Of a stretch of 64,000 nucleotides of DNA, positions 29,965 to 39,730 are shown piece after piece. The DNA lies in contig JBFJCP010000012.1 in assembly GCA_041615815.1 (NCBI GenBank), positions 32,001-96,000 of the forward strand. The letters run 5' to 3'. The notes under the pieces are model-generated. The model saw only the letters and a program-made list of their open reading frames with translations, did not search any database and was not told the DNA's origin. This stretch comes from Gemmatimonadales bacterium. GTDB taxonomy: Bacteria; Gemmatimonadota; Gemmatimonadetes; Gemmatimonadales; GWC2-71-9. The position numbers were made by a program, and so were the translations under genes. The stretch's first letter is position 1. The number at the start of each line of letters is the position of its first letter.

Positions 29965-31248
29965 TCATTGACTCACCCGCTCGGGGCGTAACCACGGAGG
30001 GATCCGCACGTTCCCTCGGGAAATGGTGGGCGGCCACACCACGACTCGCTCACCTGCCTGCCACTGAAACCACGTGCTCACGGCCCCCTCGGCGGGGTCA
30101 TAACTCGGCCGAACCTGATGGTCGCTGGGATCGAAGCGGATCCGTCCATACACACTCTGCAGATCCGTCGCCTCCAACGCGCGCACGAGCGCATCCGGTT
30201 CGAGGGTGCCGGCTCGCTCGATCGCATCCTTGAGGACATACACCGCCGTGTAACTACTCGCCGTCCCGTAGCCCTCCGGCTCCACGCCCCACCGAGCCCG
30301 GTAGGCATCGTAAAACGGCATGGTCAGTGGGGTCGCCTCCGACGGCGCATTGCCCGCGTTGGCGGGGGACGTGACCCAAAACTCCACCGCCCCCCCGGTC
30401 GCCTCCCAGGCACCGGGTTGCTCGACGGCGCTCGAAATACCCGCAATGGGAAGCACGGGAATCTCGAGATCGTGCCATTGTTTGACGAGAACGGCGATTT
30501 CGGGGTGGTCCATCCACACGAACAAGAGTTGCGCACCACTCGCCCGTGCCTTGAGCAGGCCGGTGGAATAGTCGCCGGTCCCGGTAGGATACACTTCGTT
30601 TCCCAGCAACTGCCATCCGCGCTCCCGTAGACGCGTCGCAACGATCTCGCCGATGGCACGCGCGTGGGCAACGTCCTGTACCATCAGGTAGGCGCGGTCA
30701 AATCCAAAGCGCCTCCGCACGGCCTCGAACAGATCCACCGCTTCTCCCGCAAGCGTGACCGCGTCGCTCGTAATGCGAAACAGATATCGATAGCGGTCGT
30801 AATCTTCGGCGATACGGCGGTTGTACGCGGGAGACAGGGCGCCAGTGGTCAAGATCGAGACGGTCCGGTGACGAGCCACGATGTCCATCGCCGCCAGCGC
30901 TGCCTCCGAACGCGTGGGTCCACCGAGAAGCACATCGACTCGCTTCTCGAGGAGCAGCTTCTCGACCACCAACAGCGCCTCCGAAAGCGGCACCCCGGGC
31001 TCGAGATCCCGCGTGTCCAGGACCTCGAGCCGGAAAGGCCGGGATGAGTCACCGACCTGAACGCCGCCACGCGCGTTGATCTGTTCGATGGCGAGCTGCA
31101 TGCCCCGCTGCGCATCCCACCCGTACAGGTACTGCGTGGACAGCGGCGCCCCGATCACAATGGCGTGGTCTGCCTCTCGCGAAGTTCCGCACGCGAGGCT
31201 CGCGCCCACGAGAAGCAACGAGAGTCGCCCGAAGCGCATGGTCAGCAT
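29965..31248 (-). CDS. ABC transporter substrate-binding lipoprotein (LivJ/LivK-like)
   Basis: Lipobox SLAC; IVIGAPLS, QLAIEQINARGG, KDAIERAGT, GRIRF. Confidence 0.85.
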   Translation of the reverse strand: MLTMRFGRLSLLLVGASLACGTSREADHAIVIGAPLSTQYLYGWDAQRGMQLAIEQINARGGVQVGDSSRPFRLEVLDTRDLEPGVPLSEALLVVEKLLLEKRVDVLLGGPTRSEAALAAMDIVARHRTVSILTTGALSPAYNRRIAEDYDRYRYLFRITSDAVTLAGEAVDLFEAVRRRFGFDRAYLMVQDVAHARAIGEIVATRLRERGWQLLGNEVYPTGTGDYSTGLLKARASGAQLLFVWMDHPEIAVLVKQWHDLEIPVLPIAGISSAVEQPGAWEATGGAVEFWVTSPANAGNAPSEATPLTMPFYDAYRARWGVEPEGYGTASSYTAVYVLKDAIERAGTLEPDALVRALEATDLQSVYGRIRFDPSDHQVRPSYDPAEGAVSTWFQWQAGERVVVWPPTISRGNVRIPPWLRPERVSQ

Positions 31249-31386
31249 CACCCCCCTACCGTGGACACAAAGAGGTAGGACCTCACGCGCCCGGTCAAGC
31301 CAGCAGTGCCTTCTGCGCATTACCTTTGGGACACGCTCCCGCAGGATCCGTCAGATCTGCCAGTCAGGCCCTTCGACGGAGGTCAC

Positions 31387-31983
31387 ATGTCGTTTCGAGG
31401 TGCCGGCACCTTCGCTCTGCTCACTGCCGTGGCGCCATACGCGCAGGCACAAATTCGCCCAACCATGGATATCGAGAGTCTCGAGGTCATTCCGGCCGTG
31501 CTCGTGGTGGTGGAGGGTATCACCGCTGATGCGGAAGCGGATGGACTCTCCGCCACGGATCTCCGCCAGGGCGTCGAGAACATGTTGCACCACGCCGGCA
31601 TCGCGACGCTGAGCGAGAAGGCCTGGTCGGATCTGATCGGGAACCCGGCGCTGCAGCTCAGCTTCCAGCTGCTCAAGGCATCCCCGCATCTCTACCTCTA
31701 CACGGCCACGGTCGAACTCAGACAACTCACGGTGCTGGTCCGGGATTCAACCAAAGGGGCGTGGACGAGGACCTGGTCCGCCGGCTCCCTGCTCGGGACC
31801 CGCCCGACGGCAAACCTGCCGTCGCTCGAACTGGACGTGCGGACTCTGGTTCGACGCTTCATCACGGAATATGCACGAGCCATGGAACGCCGGGGCGTAC
31901 CACACGATCTCCGCGCGCCGACCGCGCCGGCTGGCGTGGTCAAGACCGCCGCTAGGGACACCGGACGGACCGAGGGCGAATAA
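31387..31983 (+). CDS. Hypothetical exported protein
   Basis: RBS GGAGG; signal peptide ending AQA-Q; coding-like composition. Confidence 0.6.
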   Translation: MSFRGAGTFALLTAVAPYAQAQIRPTMDIESLEVIPAVLVVVEGITADAEADGLSATDLRQGVENMLHHAGIATLSEKAWSDLIGNPALQLSFQLLKASPHLYLYTATVELRQLTVLVRDSTKGAWTRTWSAGSLLGTRPTANLPSLELDVRTLVRRFITEYARAMERRGVPHDLRAPTAPAGVVKTAARDTGRTEGE

Positions 31984-32127
31984 CCGCCCGCTCGGGCCTC
32001 AAGAACAGCTACACCGTCAGGGCAGTGGCGCCTTTTGCGCAACTTCGCCCCTTCACGTTTCACCCCACTGTGATGGGCACCACAGAGCCCGACTCTAACC
32101 ACCACGCAAATAGAGGTCTTCCTCTTT

Positions 32128-33750
32128 TTGGGAGTGGCCTCCATCTCGATCCTGCAACCGGCGCTTCTCAGCGCCTTCGTGCTCTTGGCCATCGCCGTCG
32201 CGTGGTCGGTCGTGCTGTTACGCCGGCTTCGGGATTGGCGAGCAGGCTTCGTCATCGCGTGGCTCGGTGCCTCCGCACTGCTTCTCGTCCTGGTGATTGG
32301 GGGACAGCTGCAGGGGGCCTCCTTCGGCAACCGCCTGGGCCCCGGGGAGCTGCAACAGCTGGCCATCAGCGGGATCGCGTTGAGCGCGGTGATCTACTTT
32401 CACGTGGTGTTCCAACGCGATGCGCTCACGGGCCTCCCCAACCGGGCTCTACTCATGAATCGTATTGGCCGGGCCCTGGGTCGTGTCTATCGCGGCCGCG
32501 ACCCCTCCTGCGCCGTGCTCTTTCTGGACTTGGATCGGTTCAAGGTCATCAACGATAGTCTCGGTCACACCACGGGCGACGAGCTCTTGGTGGCGGTGGC
32601 CAAGCGCCTCCAGACCCGCCTCCGCCGAGCCGACACGCTCGCGCGTCTCGGCGGAGACGAGTTCGTCGTCGTCCTTCAAGGAGTCGATCAACACGGCGCC
32701 GAGCAGGCCGCGGACCGTCTCCACCAGGCGCTAGGGAGACCAATTACCGTTCGAGAGCGGGACGTCTTCACCACGGTGAGCATCGGCATCGCAGTCAGCT
32801 CCCGCGGGGCCGAGGGGGCGGAGACACTCCTCCGGGAGGCCGACCTCGCTATGTACCGCGCCAAGATCCGCGGGAAGGCGCGGCATGAGGTCTTCCGTCA
32901 ATCGATGCACGTGGATGCCGTGGAGCGGCTCACGCTGGAGTCCGATCTCCGCCGCGCCGTGGAGCGGCAGGAGTTTGTGGTGCACTACCAGCCGATCGTC
33001 TCGCTGAGCGACGGCCGGCTCGCCGGCCTCGAGGCGCTGATACGCTGGCAACATGAGGAGCGCGGACTTCTGCTCCCCGAGACCTTCGTGTCGGTCGCCG
33101 AGGAAACGGGCCTCATCATCCCGCTGGGTCTGTGGGTGCTCGAAGCGGCGTGTCGGCAGGCCATGCTCTGGCGGGCACGTCATCCGACACTCGACACCAC
33201 GGTGATGCATGTCAACGTGTCGGGACGCCAATTTGCCCAACCGGACCTGGTGGAGCGGGTGGCGGACGTGTTAGAGCGAACGGGCCTGGTCCCCCGGTGC
33301 CTGGGCCTCGAAGTCACCGAGACCGTGATGATGGACGACGCCGATCAAGCCGCCGGCATTCTCATGGCGTTGCGGCAGCTCGGGGTGACACTTCAACTCG
33401 ACGATTTCGGAACCGGATACTCTTCCCTGAGTTATCTCCACCGATTCCCCATTACCAGCCTCAAGATCGATCGGTCCTTCGTGCAGGGACTCGAGACCAA
33501 TGCGGAGCACACCAAGATCGTCCGATCCATCAACACGCTCGCCAGGGATTTGGAGCTCGAAGTGGTAGCGGAAGGGGTCGAGACGATCGAGCAGCTGGAA
33601 CGACTCAAGGCGTGGGGGTGCGAGTTCGCGCAGGGGAACCTCCTGTGCGAGGCCCGAGCCCCGGATGCGCTGGAACCGCTTCTGGCGCAGCGGTGGACAC
33701 CGCGGGCTCACCCGACCCGCGGCCGCACGGCCATCACGGTCCCACGCTGA
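32128..33750 (+). CDS. Membrane-anchored GGDEF-EAL protein (copy 1)
   Basis: About 3 N-terminal TM segments; DALTGLPNR, RRAD..GGDEF, EALIRW, DDFGTGYSSLSYL; exact start uncertain. Confidence 0.9.
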   Translation: MGVASISILQPALLSAFVLLAIAVAWSVVLLRRLRDWRAGFVIAWLGASALLLVLVIGGQLQGASFGNRLGPGELQQLAISGIALSAVIYFHVVFQRDALTGLPNRALLMNRIGRALGRVYRGRDPSCAVLFLDLDRFKVINDSLGHTTGDELLVAVAKRLQTRLRRADTLARLGGDEFVVVLQGVDQHGAEQAADRLHQALGRPITVRERDVFTTVSIGIAVSSRGAEGAETLLREADLAMYRAKIRGKARHEVFRQSMHVDAVERLTLESDLRRAVERQEFVVHYQPIVSLSDGRLAGLEALIRWQHEERGLLLPETFVSVAEETGLIIPLGLWVLEAACRQAMLWRARHPTLDTTVMHVNVSGRQFAQPDLVERVADVLERTGLVPRCLGLEVTETVMMDDADQAAGILMALRQLGVTLQLDDFGTGYSSLSYLHRFPITSLKIDRSFVQGLETNAEHTKIVRSINTLARDLELEVVAEGVETIEQLERLKAWGCEFAQGNLLCEARAPDALEPLLAQRWTPRAHPTRGRTAITVPR

Positions 33751-33964
33751 GACGGAGGGGTCGCCCACCCTAGGAGCGGGCTGCCGGGTCACGCATCCTG
33801 CCATGGCGTGTGGTATCCTCACCACACCCGCCGCCCCTCCATCTGTGACCACCCGCACAGAGGATCCTCCTGGGGAACCCTATTTAGAGGTCACCGCGCG
33901 CCCCGGTTCACGACGGTCACTCCCCCAGCGGAGACCGCCAGGCTCGGAACGGGACAACACATCC

Positions 33965-35554
33965 ATGAACTTGGCTCTCGTGAGCGCGTGGGCGCTGTTG
34001 GCCGTCGCGCTCCTGTGGTGCATTGCACTCTTCAGACGGCTGAGGGATTGGCGGGCGGGATTGCTGATTGCGAGCCTCGCCGCGTCCGTGGTGCTCCTCG
34101 TGCTGGCCATTGGCGGTCTCCTGATGACTGGCGGTGCTACCTCACCCGCCGGCACCGGCAGGCTGCAACAACTCGCGGCCGGTACCATGCTCTTTGCCGG
34201 AGTCATCCATTTCAACGTGGCGTTTCGACGGGACGCCCTCACCGGGTTGCCGAGTCGCGCCTTGTTGATGCGCCGTCTGGGACGGGCGCTCAACCGCGTT
34301 CACCACGGACAGGATGCGGCCTGCGCCGTTTTGCTGCTCGACGTCGACCGGTTCAAGGTCGTGAACGACAGCCTGGGCCACGCGCTGGGGGACGAGCTGC
34401 TCGCCGTGGTGGGGCGCCGGATCCAGGCCTGCGTGCGGAAGCTGGATACCGTGGCTCGCCTCGGGGGCGACGAGTTTGTCGTGCTCCTCCACGGGGTGGA
34501 CGCCAAGGGTGCAAGCCGCGCGGCCGAGCGGCTGCAAGAGGCCCTCTGCAACGCGATCAACCTCAAGGGGCAAGAGGTCTTTACGAGCGTGAGCATTGGG
34601 ATCGCGGCTACGACCAGCGGTACCGAATCCGCCGAGACCCTGCTCCGCGACGCCGACCTCGCCATGCACCGGGCGAAGGCCTTGGGGAAGTCGCGGCACG
34701 AGTTGTTCGAGATTTCTATGGGCGAAGGCGTCGAAGCACGGCTGCGCCTCGAGACCGATCTGCGGCATGCGACGGAGCGGCAGGAGCTCGCCCTCCACTA
34801 TCAACCGATCGTGTCACTCGTCGAAAACCGGATCGTCGGCTTAGAGGCGTTACTGCGATGGCACCACGCCGAGCACGGCATGCTGCCGCCCAATAGCTTC
34901 ATCCCGGTTGCCGAAGAAACAGGCCTCATCGTGCCCATCGGCCTCTGGGTCTTGGAGCAAGCCTGCGAGCAGATGCGGCTGTGGCACGACCGATTCCCAA
35001 CGTTTGCGGGTGCCGCCATCCACGTCAATCTCTCGGGTCAGCAGTTCATGCAGCCCGATCTCGTCGACCAGATCGACGGTATTCTCCAACGAACCGGCCT
35101 CGCGCCGGAAGCGCTGGGTCTCGAAATGACCGAGACGGTGATGATGAGTGACGCTCACCAAACTTCGTCCACCCTGTCGCGGTTACGATCGCTCAACGTC
35201 AAGCTACAACTGGATGATTTCGGAACCGGGTATTCATCGCTGAGCTACTTGCATCGGTTCCCGATCACGACGCTCAAGATCGACCGCTCGTTCGTCATGG
35301 CCATACACACGATCGAAGAACATGCCAAGATCGTTCGGTCGATCCATACGCTCGCGCGTGACCTGCAGTTGGACGTCGTGGCCGAGGGCATCGAGACGCA
35401 GGAACAACTCGAGTTCCTACAGCACCTGGGATGTCCGTTCGGGCAAGGATACTATTTCTGTCCCGCCAAAGACCCGGATACCGTCGAGACGCTCCTGGCC
35501 GCAGACTGGCGTCCCGGTGAGCCCCTGGCCGGAAGTGCCGTCGGCACCGCCTGA
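33965..35554 (+). CDS. Membrane-anchored GGDEF-EAL protein (copy 2)
   Basis: Same architecture; RKLD..GGDEF, EALLRW, DDFGTGYSSLSYL. Confidence 0.9.
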   Translation: MNLALVSAWALLAVALLWCIALFRRLRDWRAGLLIASLAASVVLLVLAIGGLLMTGGATSPAGTGRLQQLAAGTMLFAGVIHFNVAFRRDALTGLPSRALLMRRLGRALNRVHHGQDAACAVLLLDVDRFKVVNDSLGHALGDELLAVVGRRIQACVRKLDTVARLGGDEFVVLLHGVDAKGASRAAERLQEALCNAINLKGQEVFTSVSIGIAATTSGTESAETLLRDADLAMHRAKALGKSRHELFEISMGEGVEARLRLETDLRHATERQELALHYQPIVSLVENRIVGLEALLRWHHAEHGMLPPNSFIPVAEETGLIVPIGLWVLEQACEQMRLWHDRFPTFAGAAIHVNLSGQQFMQPDLVDQIDGILQRTGLAPEALGLEMTETVMMSDAHQTSSTLSRLRSLNVKLQLDDFGTGYSSLSYLHRFPITTLKIDRSFVMAIHTIEEHAKIVRSIHTLARDLQLDVVAEGIETQEQLEFLQHLGCPFGQGYYFCPAKDPDTVETLLAADWRPGEPLAGSAVGTA

Positions 35555-35634
35555 TGGCATCCGTCATCGACCGCCCGGTCACACGTGGGTCCGGTCGAGG
35601 CCACTCGCGTCCTACCCATCATGCACGGACGTGA

Positions 35635-36309
35635 TCAGCGGACCGCGGCTTTCAGAAACGCGTTGACTTTGGCCCCGGTCCGATGATGACGCATCACGAA
35701 ATCGGCGAGATCACTGCGGAGAAGCATCGTGGGATCGTTGTAGGCGGCATAGTAATAGAACTGCTTGTTCGCCACGAACGGGTGCTTGTCCACTACTCTG
35801 GCAAACTCGGGTGGTAGCCGCTTGTTTCGCGCTCCTCGAAGCTCGCCAAACAGTTCCTTGAATCGTTTCCCCCGCAGCGCCCGCGCAAGCCGCTCGTCGT
35901 CGTGCACGATCGCGCGCCGGATCTTGAGCAGACTCGCTCTATCGGGCTGGTAGAGACCACCGGCGATGGTCACACCGGCGGCACCGAACTGCAGGTAGAG
36001 ACCCGGTAGCTGCATTCCCTTGCGGCCACCGGGACCAATGGCCGCCGCGACGAATGTCTTGTATGGGGTCTTGTCTTTCGAAAAGCGAATATCGCGGGCG
36101 AGCCGAAAAATCGCCTCTTTGGGCTCGATGACGATGGAAGGATCGTCGGCCGCCAGGCGGTGAATCATTTCGCCCACAAACTCCTCGAACGGCCGTTTCA
36201 CGAACTGCTCGTAGTCCCCCTTGTGCGCGTGATACCAAGCGCGCGTATTTTGGCGACTCAGCCGCCGAAAGAACTCGATAAAACCCTCGGTAAAGTAGGC
36301 CACTGCCAA
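35635..36309 (-). CDS. DUF2461 (TIGR02453) family protein
   Basis: FFRRLSRQNTRAWYHAHK..YE, IFRLARDIRFSKDKTPYK. Confidence 0.85.
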   Translation of the reverse strand: MAVAYFTEGFIEFFRRLSRQNTRAWYHAHKGDYEQFVKRPFEEFVGEMIHRLAADDPSIVIEPKEAIFRLARDIRFSKDKTPYKTFVAAAIGPGGRKGMQLPGLYLQFGAAGVTIAGGLYQPDRASLLKIRRAIVHDDERLARALRGKRFKELFGELRGARNKRLPPEFARVVDKHPFVANKQFYYYAAYNDPTMLLRSDLADFVMRHHRTGAKVNAFLKAAVR

Positions 36310-36313
36310 TTCC

Positions 36314-36898
36314 TCACGCAGTTTGTCGCATCATCTCCTCGAGCGTGATCTTTGGACACACCGCCCGCTGGATGTAGTCGATGAGGGTCGAGGCTACACT
36401 GCGTACCTGGCGTTCGACCTCGGCGTTGATGCAATGACCATCCTCATCGAACACCCCGCGGACGCCCGCCACCGAGATCGGGGCGGGAAGAACGATAGCG
36501 CCCACGTGGGAACAGACACTCCGCAGCTGTTCGAGCGACTTGATCGCACCAATCCGTCCACCCGCCACACCGAGGAGCGCCACCGGTTTCCCCCGCAGTA
36601 CCGAAGGAAAGCCCAGATTCTCGATCATGAGCTTCAGGACTGCGGAGAAGCTCCCATGGTACTCCGGTGTCGCGATGACGATACCCGTGGCTCCCGCCAC
36701 GCGCTCGCGAATGGCCTCCCCGGCATCGTGTTCCGCGGCACGGCCGGGAAACGGCAAGTCCATCGTGGCCGGATCGAGCACCTCGATCTGCACGTCGGGA
36801 TACGTGGTGCGAAACTCGTCGATCACGAGGGCCAGCGCCTTGCCCGTGTAATTCCCGGGTCGAGACGTCCCCAGGAGTGCCGCAATGCGGATAGGCAT
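36314..36898 (-). CDS. NADPH-dependent FMN reductase family protein
   Basis: GTSRPG, ATPEYHGSFSAVLK, GKPVAL; RBS AAGGAG. Confidence 0.88.
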   Translation of the reverse strand: MPIRIAALLGTSRPGNYTGKALALVIDEFRTTYPDVQIEVLDPATMDLPFPGRAAEHDAGEAIRERVAGATGIVIATPEYHGSFSAVLKLMIENLGFPSVLRGKPVALLGVAGGRIGAIKSLEQLRSVCSHVGAIVLPAPISVAGVRGVFDEDGHCINAEVERQVRSVASTLIDYIQRAVCPKITLEEMMRQTA

Positions 36899-37073
36899 GT
36901 TGACTCCTTGATGTCCGTTTCTTGCCCGCGCGCCGGGCTCTACTGGTTTGCCGCGAGGAAGATACCTCGCCAACACATGGGCGCCCAGCCGGTTGCACGC
37001 ACTCTGGCAGACGGAGATCTTGGCTCGGGACGAATCATCGAAGCACCAGCACTGCACTACTGGGAGTACCGTC

Positions 37074-37829
37074 ATGACTGAGTTCGAGGGAAAGTGCATC
37101 ATCGTGACCGGAGCGAGCAGCGGGATCGGGCGCGCCACCGCTCACCTGCTCCACCGCCGCGGCGCAACGGTCTTGGCCACCGGCCGGATCAAGGAGGCCC
37201 TGACACCACCCAACGGGGCTGGTGGATGGACCGCACTGGCGGGCGACCTCACTCAGGAGGAATTCCGGCGTCGATTGATAGCGCACGCCAAAGACGCGCT
37301 CGGTGGACTCGACGTGCTCGTGAACGCAGCCGGTATCCTCGAGGCCGGGACCTGGGAGTCGACGACCCTCGAGGCGTGGGACCGGATGATGGACATCAAC
37401 CTGCGGTCGATCTATGCCCTCACTCGGCTCGCCATCCCGCTCTTGCGAGAGCGCCAAGGCTCCATCGTGAACGTCAGCAGCGTCACCGGCCCGCGCGCGT
37501 TCCCCGGCATCCTCGCCTATTGCGTGAGCAAGGCGGCGATCGATCAGCTCACCCGCTGCTTGGCGCTCGAGCTCGCGGCCAGCGGCGTGCGCGTGAACGC
37601 CGTGAACCCCGGCGTCGTGCGCACGGAGCTCCATCGACGCGGAGGTATGGACGAGGCGCGCTACCAAGCGTTTCTGGAGCACGGCAAAACGACTCATCCC
37701 CTCGGGCGCGTCGGGAAACCCGAAGAAGTGGCGGAGCTGATTGCCTTCCTAGCCTCGCCACGGGCCGGCTGGATCACCGGAGACACCGTCGCCATCGACG
37801 GCGGACGGGGACAGACATGCGCACGATGA
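37074..37829 (+). CDS. Short-chain dehydrogenase/reductase
   Basis: TGASSGIG, VNAAG, YCVSK (YxxxK), NPG, IDGG. Confidence 0.92.
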   Translation: MTEFEGKCIIVTGASSGIGRATAHLLHRRGATVLATGRIKEALTPPNGAGGWTALAGDLTQEEFRRRLIAHAKDALGGLDVLVNAAGILEAGTWESTTLEAWDRMMDINLRSIYALTRLAIPLLRERQGSIVNVSSVTGPRAFPGILAYCVSKAAIDQLTRCLALELAASGVRVNAVNPGVVRTELHRRGGMDEARYQAFLEHGKTTHPLGRVGKPEEVAELIAFLASPRAGWITGDTVAIDGGRGQTCAR

Positions 37830-38728
37830 GTGCTCAGCGGAGGCACCGTCCGCAGCGGCTGGCATTGTTCATCGCCGCCACGGCGGCCCTCGGATCGTGT
37901 GGCGACACCGAACCATCCCTCGAAACCACTCCGTTGACAGCCAGCGTGCATCTGGTGAGCGGCCCTCCCAACGGCAACATGCTCGTCGTCTCGGGATCAA
38001 ACGGCCTGCTCGTCATCGATGCGCAGGATCGGCAACATGCCACCGCTGCCTGGGCTGCCGTCACGACGCTGGGTACGGTCCGCACCGTCATCAACACGCA
38101 CTATCACGAAGACCACTTGGGTGCCAATCCACTCTTTCGCGAAGCTGGGGCCAAGATCATCGCGCACGAAAACCTGAGCCGCCAGGCCGTGAAAGATACG
38201 GTCGTTGCCGAACTCGACTGGACCAGACACGCGGCGTCGCCGGACGCGTTGCCGACGGCGACCGTGACGATCGACACGACGCTGACGATCGGGGGGGTGC
38301 GTGTGTGGCTCCTTCACGCGCCCAATGCACACACTGACGGCGATTTGATGGTGTGGCTTCCCGAGCATGGGGTGCTGCACACTGGCGACATCGTCGAAAT
38401 AGGGGCGTATCCCTTCATCGATCTCTGGGCCGGCGGATCCACAAAGGGGACAATCGCGGCGGTCGAGCGCCTCCTCAGCATGGTGAATGATTCGACGCTC
38501 ATCGTCCCGGGTCACGGACCCGTTTCCAGGCGCCACGACCTCCTTGCATACCGCGACATGCTCGAGACCGTTCAGCGTGCCGTTCGAGAAGCCGTGGACG
38601 CCGGAGCGGACGAAGCATCGATCGTGAACAGTGGAGTGACCCTGCCGTACGACGCGGCTCGGGGGGGAGCAGAGGCAGGTCGGCGATTCGTGCAGATCGT
38701 CTATTGGGATGTCACCCGCGAGCGCTAG
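37826..38728 (+). CDS. Exported MBL-fold metallo-hydrolase (cyclase-like)
   Basis: Lipobox-like LGSC; THYHEDH, AHTDGD, HTGD, VPGHG; ATGA overlap with the SDR stop. Confidence 0.85.
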   Translation: MSAQRRHRPQRLALFIAATAALGSCGDTEPSLETTPLTASVHLVSGPPNGNMLVVSGSNGLLVIDAQDRQHATAAWAAVTTLGTVRTVINTHYHEDHLGANPLFREAGAKIIAHENLSRQAVKDTVVAELDWTRHAASPDALPTATVTIDTTLTIGGVRVWLLHAPNAHTDGDLMVWLPEHGVLHTGDIVEIGAYPFIDLWAGGSTKGTIAAVERLLSMVNDSTLIVPGHGPVSRRHDLLAYRDMLETVQRAVREAVDAGADEASIVNSGVTLPYDAARGGAEAGRRFVQIVYWDVTRER

Positions 38729-38757
38729 GGAAATCCAGCGCTGGTCCGTCGCTCGGG

Positions 38758-39534
38758 TCAGGCCCGCCGAGAAGCCGGCGTAGTGAGCGACCCACCCGTC
38801 TGAAGGATGGTGGCGAACTCGTCAGGCAGGTCGCTCTGGCGGATCTTCTCCATGGCACCGGCGATGTCGTAGGCGCACCGCACGAACTCGACGCTCGGGC
38901 CGGGCGTCGCAGCAAAATCGACCAGCACGTACCCCGCTCGCCAATCGCCATCCTTGGGCCGACCCACGGATCCGGCATTCACGAAGTGAATGCCAGCGAT
39001 CTCCCGGTGCCACGGCTTGTGGGTGTGCCCGAACGCGATCACATCTCCCGCCCCGGCATCCACGATCCGCGCCATCTTCAGCGAGAACGAGTCCGGCCGA
39101 TCTTCCGTCCAGTACACGGTGTTCAGACTGGGAGTCCCATGGACGAGGATGAGCCGGGGACCGCTCGCGTGTCCGCCCCGGGGCCGGAGATCGATCCGGA
39201 ACGGAAGGGCTCCCAAGACCCGTTTGGTCGGGACTCGCGTGTGCTCGCGCGTCCACCCGTAACTCAGGTGTGACAGCGCTTCTTGACGCGGATCCTCGTA
39301 CTGGCACCCGCAGTGCTTGTAGTCCGCCGCCACGGTCGAATCGTAGTTACCGGCGACACCGGGAATCCCACGCCGCTGCAGCAGCTCGACCACCTCGTTT
39401 GGCCACGGTGCATACCCCACGAGATCACCGAGGTGGTACGTGGCCGCATCAGGGGCTCGGTGGTCGACATCGTCGAGCACGGCGTCGAGCGCGGGCAGGT
39501 TCGCGTGGATGTCGGCAATGAGGGCGTATTTCAT
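38758..39534 (-). CDS. Calcineurin-like metallophosphoesterase with HCGC motif
   Basis: DIHAN, GDLVGY, GNYD, VHGTP, FGHTH, NAGSVG; extra KHCGCQY motif. Confidence 0.9.
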   Translation of the reverse strand: MKYALIADIHANLPALDAVLDDVDHRAPDAATYHLGDLVGYAPWPNEVVELLQRRGIPGVAGNYDSTVAADYKHCGCQYEDPRQEALSHLSYGWTREHTRVPTKRVLGALPFRIDLRPRGGHASGPRLILVHGTPSLNTVYWTEDRPDSFSLKMARIVDAGAGDVIAFGHTHKPWHREIAGIHFVNAGSVGRPKDGDWRAGYVLVDFAATPGPSVEFVRCAYDIAGAMEKIRQSDLPDEFATILQTGGSLTTPASRRA

Positions 39535-39676
39535 GGACTCGTGCCTCGACTGGATGGCGCGGCGAGCTGGTCGCCTCCCCATATAATAGCTTGTCGTAGT
39601 TTGACTTACACCGATGTCCCAATCCAGAATATAACCGCGTGTCCCTGCGAATCCCCACGTCCCGGTGCGCCCCCCC

Positions 39677-39708
39677 TTGACTCCGTACCAAGGTACGGGC
39701 CTTATGCT
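39677..39708 (+). promoter_or_regulatory. MerR-type promoter/operator
   Basis: -35 TTGACT (39677-82), dyad CCGTACC-AA-GGTACGG (39683-98), -10 TATGCT (39703-08); long 20-bp spacer; closely resembles the Tn21/Tn501 mer operator. Confidence 0.9.
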
Positions 39709-39730
39709 GTACAGGCATCACCGAGGGGTT

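Noticed and set aside
37094..37825. N-terminal 244 aa of the 544-aa track ORF, and similar long extensions (26577-27035, 44803-45102, 33665-33964)
   Set aside because: Alternative-frame overlap with real genes or low-complexity GC-rich read-through; real starts are at downstream ATGs, three of them ATGA-coupled to the preceding stop
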